Positions 59,348 through 64,000 of a stretch of 64,000 nucleotides of DNA are shown in pieces. Made by a program: the position numbers and the translations under genes. Source of the DNA: Promethearchaeota archaeon (GTDB lineage: Archaea > Asgardarchaeota > Heimdallarchaeia > Hodarchaeales > Hodarchaeaceae); assembly GCA_048938105.1 (NCBI GenBank), contig JBHLMN010000005.1, positions 55,218-119,217 of the forward strand. Reading direction: 5' to 3'. Below the pieces are notes generated by a model. The model searched no databases. It was given only the letters and a program-made list of their open reading frames with translations, and was not told where the DNA came from. How positions within the stretch are numbered: the stretch's first letter is position 1; each line of letters starts with the position of its first letter.

Positions 59348-60310
59348 TTGGCCCGTATTAATTCACCTCAATTTCAGGAATTATCTGATTATTTCACTTC
59401 CGATGGATGGCGGATGATAATATCTTTCGTTGAGAATCTTAAAAAAAGATTAGACCAATTTGATATTGATATTGAGGAGAAAGAATCAATTTTTAATGGA
59501 ATAGAAGAATTTATCCAGGAATTTGTTGAAGAATACAAAGATAAGGCAAAAATTACCTTTAATGAAGCTTTGAGCTTAATTAGAGAGATTGGGTCTCCCT
59601 CTGAAATTATACAGTCGATGGATCTCACGATCGAGCAAATGATGAAACAAGTCAGTGTGAAAGATCCGATAGAATCCGATAAAATCATCTGCAAAGCTTG
59701 CAGCTGGCCAAATGAGCCTGATTCGAGATTCTGTGACAGTTGTGGTAAAAAACTCATTGAATTAGAGGAAGAGAAAGATGTTGTCTATCTTCCTCAAATT
59801 ATGTTCCGTTTTCCTAATGTAACATCAATCATCTTTACTTATTTTATTTTCTTTTTTTATGGTCTTTTTATCGGAATAATTGCAATAGCTATAAGCCCAG
59901 AGTGGGAAAGCCAAAATATCACGGAATTATTTCTCTCTCTGTTCGTTCTTTTGATTGCTCCTGCAATAATTTACGGGTTAATTTTTGGATATTTGATAGA
60001 AACACTGGATAAGGAGCTAGAATTTATTGTGCTTCCCCAAGAGGTTATTAACCATCCAAGTATATTTTCAGTCATTTTTTCTTACTTACTCATTCTTATA
60101 ATTAGTATTATTGTAGAATTCATTATATTTATCTCAAATAGATCATATACCCCTCTTTGGTTAGTAACAACTTTTTTACAGGCGGGAGCATTATTATCAC
60201 CACCTGCAGTTGTACTTGGACTGTTCTTAGGGTATCTTATTCAGAAATTGGGACGAAATCAAGAATCACCAAATGTTCAAAAGCTAAGAAAGTTAGATTG
60301 GATTCCTTAA
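59348..60310 (+). CDS. HAAS-like/zinc-ribbon membrane protein (PadR partner)
   Basis: IGSPSEII, CKAC...CDSCG and a duplicated two-TM unit (LPQ...GLxxGYLI twice). Confidence 0.75.
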   Translation: MARINSPQFQELSDYFTSDGWRMIISFVENLKKRLDQFDIDIEEKESIFNGIEEFIQEFVEEYKDKAKITFNEALSLIREIGSPSEIIQSMDLTIEQMMKQVSVKDPIESDKIICKACSWPNEPDSRFCDSCGKKLIELEEEKDVVYLPQIMFRFPNVTSIIFTYFIFFFYGLFIGIIAIAISPEWESQNITELFLSLFVLLIAPAIIYGLIFGYLIETLDKELEFIVLPQEVINHPSIFSVIFSYLLILIISIIVEFIIFISNRSYTPLWLVTTFLQAGALLSPPAVVLGLFLGYLIQKLGRNQESPNVQKLRKLDWIP

Positions 60311-60373
60311 AAGCTCATTATGAGGCGTTAACACTTTTTTTTTACTACCTGATAGCTATGAAAAGATGAAGTA

Positions 60374-60397
60374 TTCGTATATCGAATAGTTTATAAA
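60374..60397 (+). promoter_or_regulatory. Palindrome TTCG-N5-CGAA upstream of TATA box TTTATAAA
   Basis: TTCGTATATCGAA-TAG-TTTATAAA, with an extra ATATACGA half-site downstream. Confidence 0.55.
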
Positions 60398-60481
60398 CGA
60401 ATATACGATTTTCAAAATTAGAATTTGACAAGGTTTCAGAGTTAAGAAACTTAGTATCACAGTGTAAAAATGTGAATAAAA

Positions 60482-60856
60482 ATGGTAGTTAGAAACAAAC
60501 ATCCTTCTGAATATTATAAATTTATAATGGTTTGCGTAATCCTCGTGGGGGTTGCATCTTTTGTCTTTGGTGTTTTTGATCTCATTATCCAGGAGAAAAT
60601 AATTGATATGAGTAATTTAGGGACAGTTTTAACTTTTACAGTTTTAGTAGGGGGAATTATCACTGCACTAGCATTCTTTATTCGGTTTGGTACCAATTGG
60701 TTACGAATGAATAGTTCTTTGACCATTTGGGATTCTACTCATCATTCCCCTAAACATGAAGAACGAGTTATAGAGAGACAACATAATGAAACATTCGATA
60801 AAAGAGAGGTTATTGAACAGGCTGAAGTCGTAACGAGGTTGAATAAACTTATCTAA
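60482..60856 (+). CDS. Small two-TM membrane protein
   Basis: Two hydrophobic helices, downstream of the predicted promoter. Confidence 0.65.
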   Translation: MVVRNKHPSEYYKFIMVCVILVGVASFVFGVFDLIIQEKIIDMSNLGTVLTFTVLVGGIITALAFFIRFGTNWLRMNSSLTIWDSTHHSPKHEERVIERQHNETFDKREVIEQAEVVTRLNKLI

Positions 60857-61121
60857 CAGTATTGACGATTTAATTCTTTGCAAAACCTAGAAATTTCATT
60901 AAAGAGAGCATATTTTTATGTATTCAATTTTAGACATCCAAAGGCGAGTTGAAAAGTCTCGTATTTTGGTAAAATTGTCTTCAGATAATCGTTTAAGTTA
61001 AATAAAGAATTTAAGGAATAGAAAGTTGAATCCTTTACATCCCTTGCATTCATCACAAAGTATGTCAAATCTAAAACCAGGTAAATTTCTCACAAGAAAG
61101 TAAGGAGCTTTAGGTGATAAG

Positions 61122-62399
61122 ATGGAAAACGTCTCAATTCAAAAACAAGATGAACAGTGGTCTGTGGAGAAAACATCTGAGTCGTATGGGCAAGGATTTA
61201 AGACAGATTCGCCACGAATATATTATCTCGATAATTTGAAAGTATTTCTTACTATTCTCGTTGTTCTACATCATACTGCTATAACTTATGGTGCTAGTGG
61301 TTCATGGAACTACAAGGCCAGCTATTTCGAAGGATTGTATGATCCTCTTACCTCTATTTTATTAACAATCGTTACAGCTATAAATTCCTCGTTCTTTATG
61401 GCCGCATTTTTTCTATTGAGTGGTTACTTCACCCCAGGTAGTTATGACCGTAAAGAATTGCTATTATATTTGAAAGATCGATTCATTCGCCTTGGAATTC
61501 CAATGCTATGCTATGCATTTTTTCTGGTACCATTCTTAGCCTATTATATGAATGTTACACTATTTGATGCAGAGTATTCCTTCTTGGAATTTTATTCATG
61601 GCTTTTAAAGGAAGGAATAATCATTGGTGTCGGACCGTTATGGTTTGTTCAGGCGTTACTGATTTTTGCTATTTGTTATACGATTTGGAGAGGAATTAGT
61701 AGAAAGATATTGCCCCAGAGATTTAAGACTATTTTTGATAGTCAGGGACATCATGAAGGTGAATTTCCACGTTCTCAACAGATCTTTGTAATAATAGCTC
61801 TAGTAGGGCTGTTAACTTTTTTGGTTCGAATTTTCATTCCATCAGACAAGTCAATAATAATTATTTCACCAATTATTTTTTCTTTGCCCCTTGGTGACTT
61901 TGTGTCATATATCAGTATGTTTATACTTGGGATTATTGCGTATCGTCAAGATTGGTTTAGTAAAATTACTGAATCACATGGAAAATTCTGGTTGAAAGTT
62001 GTATTAGGGTCTATTATTTTTTTACTTGTATATATTTCTCTCACTGGAGCTTTTGAAGGTGAAATTTCAGTTTATCAGGGGGGATTTCGTTGGGAATCTC
62101 TTCTTGGTTCTTTCTGGCTGTCGATTATGTGCTTCGGTGTCTGCATTAGCTTAATTCCAATCTTTCGGGGAAAACTCAACTCCCAAAGCCCACTTCCACG
62201 AATATTATCTCAAAATGCATACACAGTCTATATTATCCATGCTCCAGTTCTAATCGTGACTTCAATTTCCTTATCTGATATTATTCTACACCCATTCATT
62301 AAATTCATTTTTGTTTTATGTATAACTCTAATTCTGTGCTTTGGGCTAAGTCATTTCGTTTTTCGGCGAATTCCTGGAGTAAAAAGGGTTGTCAACTAA
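61122..62399 (+). CDS. Acyltransferase family 3 (OpgC/MdoC-like)
   Basis: RIYYLDNLK, VVLHH, FFMAAFFLLSGYF, RFIRLGIP, LWFV and YIIH. Confidence 0.9.
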   Translation: MENVSIQKQDEQWSVEKTSESYGQGFKTDSPRIYYLDNLKVFLTILVVLHHTAITYGASGSWNYKASYFEGLYDPLTSILLTIVTAINSSFFMAAFFLLSGYFTPGSYDRKELLLYLKDRFIRLGIPMLCYAFFLVPFLAYYMNVTLFDAEYSFLEFYSWLLKEGIIIGVGPLWFVQALLIFAICYTIWRGISRKILPQRFKTIFDSQGHHEGEFPRSQQIFVIIALVGLLTFLVRIFIPSDKSIIIISPIIFSLPLGDFVSYISMFILGIIAYRQDWFSKITESHGKFWLKVVLGSIIFLLVYISLTGAFEGEISVYQGGFRWESLLGSFWLSIMCFGVCISLIPIFRGKLNSQSPLPRILSQNAYTVYIIHAPVLIVTSISLSDIILHPFIKFIFVLCITLILCFGLSHFVFRRIPGVKRVVN

Positions 62400-62703
62400 T
62401 GTCAGATAAATAGACAGATAACGACAGTGATAGACAAGAAGAAAAAGAGAAATTGAAGGGAAGGAGGAAGATTGAGAGCAAAAAACAGTCAAAAACAATA
62501 ATAACAAAGGGAGGTAATCATTAAGCCTAACTCATGAAAGTATAGTTAAATCAATAGACTTATGAAACTTTAGGTATTAGAATAACTGGAAAAAGGTTAG
62601 TTTGATTTGGATTACGGTGTTTGATAGGTTTATAATGCGAAAGGTTCTTAGGCAATTAGTCAAGTCAAATGAGGATAGCTCAGACTAGTGTGGATGGTCA
62701 GGG

Positions 62704-64000
62704 ATGCTCCGAACACGAGGGTACAGGTACGAATTACGGGTCAACAACAAAGAACGGACGCAATTGACCAAATATGCTGATATAGCTCGATTTGCCTGGA
62801 ACTGGGGGTTAGCTGCGAGGAAGCAGCGGTATCAGCACCAAACAGGTGCAGCTCGTTATACCGATGCCATGAAACAGCACAAAGAATTAAATCGCTTGAA
62901 AAAGACCGCCTATCCCTGGATGTATGAAGTCTCGAAGTGTGTGCCCCAGGAAGCCTTACGAGACCTGGATCGTGCCTATCAAAATTTTTTCACCAATCTA
63001 CACCAAAGAAAACAGAAACAAACCAGCCATAAGATAGGATTCCCCACGTTCAAGAAAAAAGGCAAGTCTAAGGACAGTTTTCGCTTGACTGGCGTGATTC
63101 GCCTTTTTCCCGAGGTAAAACAGGTTCAGTTACCTCGCTTGGGCAACTTACGTCTCAAAGAGAAGCCAAATTTACCCGAATCCGCACGGATCCTGAGTGC
63201 TACGGTTTCTCGTCTCGTTGATCGCTGGTATATTGCTCTTACTGTGAGAGAGGAGCAACCTGATCCTAAACCAAACGACGGGCCTCTGGTTGCTCTGGAT
63301 AAAGGATTGGCTGTCTTTGCGGTGTTATCTTCGGGGATTGTTATTCCCACCCCTAAATTCCTCCTCCGTCAAGCACGGAAACAGCATCGTTTATCGAAAG
63401 CTCATTCTCGAAAACAGAATGGGTCACATAATAAACGGAAGTCCGCCCTCCGCTTAGCCCGCTTCTATCGTCGCATTACTAACCAAAGGCATAATTTTCT
63501 CCATCAAACCTCCACCTATCTAGCCAAAAACCACAGTGTGATAGTTACTGAGGATTTACATGTTAAAGGATTAATGCAAAATAAAAAGCAAAGTAAATAT
63601 TGGGCCGATCTGTCCCATGGCATGTTTCAGCGTTTACTCACCTATAAAGCATCTTTATATGGTTCTATTGTGATCGCGATCGATCGCTGGTTTCCTTCCT
63701 CCAAATTATGCTCTAATTGCCTTTATTTCCATCGTGAACTGACGCTATCTGATCGTCTCTTTCGTTGTCCGTTATGTGGGGTGGTTTTAGACCGTGATTA
63801 TAATGCTGCGTTGAATATAGCCAATTATTATTATATCCATCAACACTTACTCTTTCCCGTCGCCGAGAGTTCTGCGGAGACTTTAAATGCCTGTGGAGAG
63901 GTTGTAAGACCTGTGTTTCATCAGGTTTTAGACCGTGATTATAATGCTGCGTTGAATATAGCCAATTATTATTATATCCATCAACACTTACTCTTTCCCG
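62704..64000 (+). CDS. tnpB: RNA-guided endonuclease TnpB (IS607-like), 3'-partial; absent from the ORF track
   Basis: Manual translation gives MLRTRGYRYEL...ARFAWNWGL...GFPTFKKK...ALDKG...VTEDL...FPSSKLCSNC...CPLC...DRDYNAALN, with no stop before the window end. Confidence 0.93.
   Translation, partial: MLRTRGYRYELRVNNKERTQLTKYADIARFAWNWGLAARKQRYQHQTGAARYTDAMKQHKELNRLKKTAYPWMYEVSKCVPQEALRDLDRAYQNFFTNLHQRKQKQTSHKIGFPTFKKKGKSKDSFRLTGVIRLFPEVKQVQLPRLGNLRLKEKPNLPESARILSATVSRLVDRWYIALTVREEQPDPKPNDGPLVALDKGLAVFAVLSSGIVIPTPKFLLRQARKQHRLSKAHSRKQNGSHNKRKSALRLARFYRRITNQRHNFLHQTSTYLAKNHSVIVTEDLHVKGLMQNKKQSKYWADLSHGMFQRLLTYKASLYGSIVIAIDRWFPSSKLCSNCLYFHRELTLSDRLFRCPLCGVVLDRDYNAALNIANYYYIHQHLLFPVAESSAETLNACGEVVRPVFHQVLDRDYNAALNIANYYYIHQHLLFP
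63783..64000 (+). repeat. Direct tandem duplication, period 141 bp (at least 77 bp identical: 63783-63859 and 63924-64000)
   Basis: GGTTTTAGACCGTGATTATAATGCTGCG...CTCTTTCCCG occurs twice. Confidence 0.95.

Larger units (their letters stand above)
62389..64000 (+). mobile_element. IS607-like tnpB-only element (runs off the window)
   Basis: GG(G) at 62386-88 is followed by phased G(T/A)CA repeats. The tnpB has higher GC and an IS607-type tail (VAESSAETLNACGE). Left boundary is inferred. Confidence 0.65.

Noticed and set aside
2710-60883. Numerous 60-122 aa ORFs overlapping longer genes (e.g. 2710-3057, 12782-13090, 40343-40669, 53106-53465, 59389-59757)
   Set aside because: Antisense or alternate-frame shadows of well-supported CDSs, with no motifs of their own.
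63126-63350. 74-aa minus-strand ORF
   Set aside because: Antisense shadow of the plus-strand tnpB.
1-64000. CRISPR array or cas genes near the Cas12f-like TnpB; tRNA/rRNA genes
   Set aside because: No repeat-spacer periodicity, cloverleaf or rRNA-like GC-rich segment was seen in any intergenic region.

Overview
AT-rich archaeal chromosomal segment. It is most likely from an Asgard (Heimdall-like) archaeon, inferred from an HMf-type histone, a class III signal-peptide pilin, a geranylgeranyl reductase, GGTGA/GAGGT Shine-Dalgarno sites with many TTG starts, and CTERM-like surface proteins. No rRNA, tRNA or CRISPR array was seen. Bases 1-9.2 kb form a DNA-methylation island: type I hsdM-hsdS, a nuclease-less type ISP/IIG-like MTase and a third N6 MTase. 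Two RNA-guided TnpB elements are present. The first is an IS200/IS605-type element (11595-12997) that splits csaA, and its ends, TAM (TTCAT) and guide can be read from the sequence. The second is an IS607-like element at the right edge that the ORF track missed; it has phased left-end repeats and an in-frame 141-bp tandem duplication over RuvC-III and the omegaRNA region. A third, orphan IS605 left end lies at 16.86 kb. Other points of interest: a sugar kinase / LarA-family epimerase / gnd operon whose middle gene has no ATG, GTG or TTG start; a surface protein with two HFS (GAIN/ZU5-like autoproteolysis) repeats next to a membrane-tethered winged-helix regulator; a PadR-HAAS module with a shared TTCG-N5-CGAA operator; a phosphoesterase broken by one in-frame TGA; and a hairpin in the histone leader. 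The remainder is metabolic, transport and hydrolase genes.
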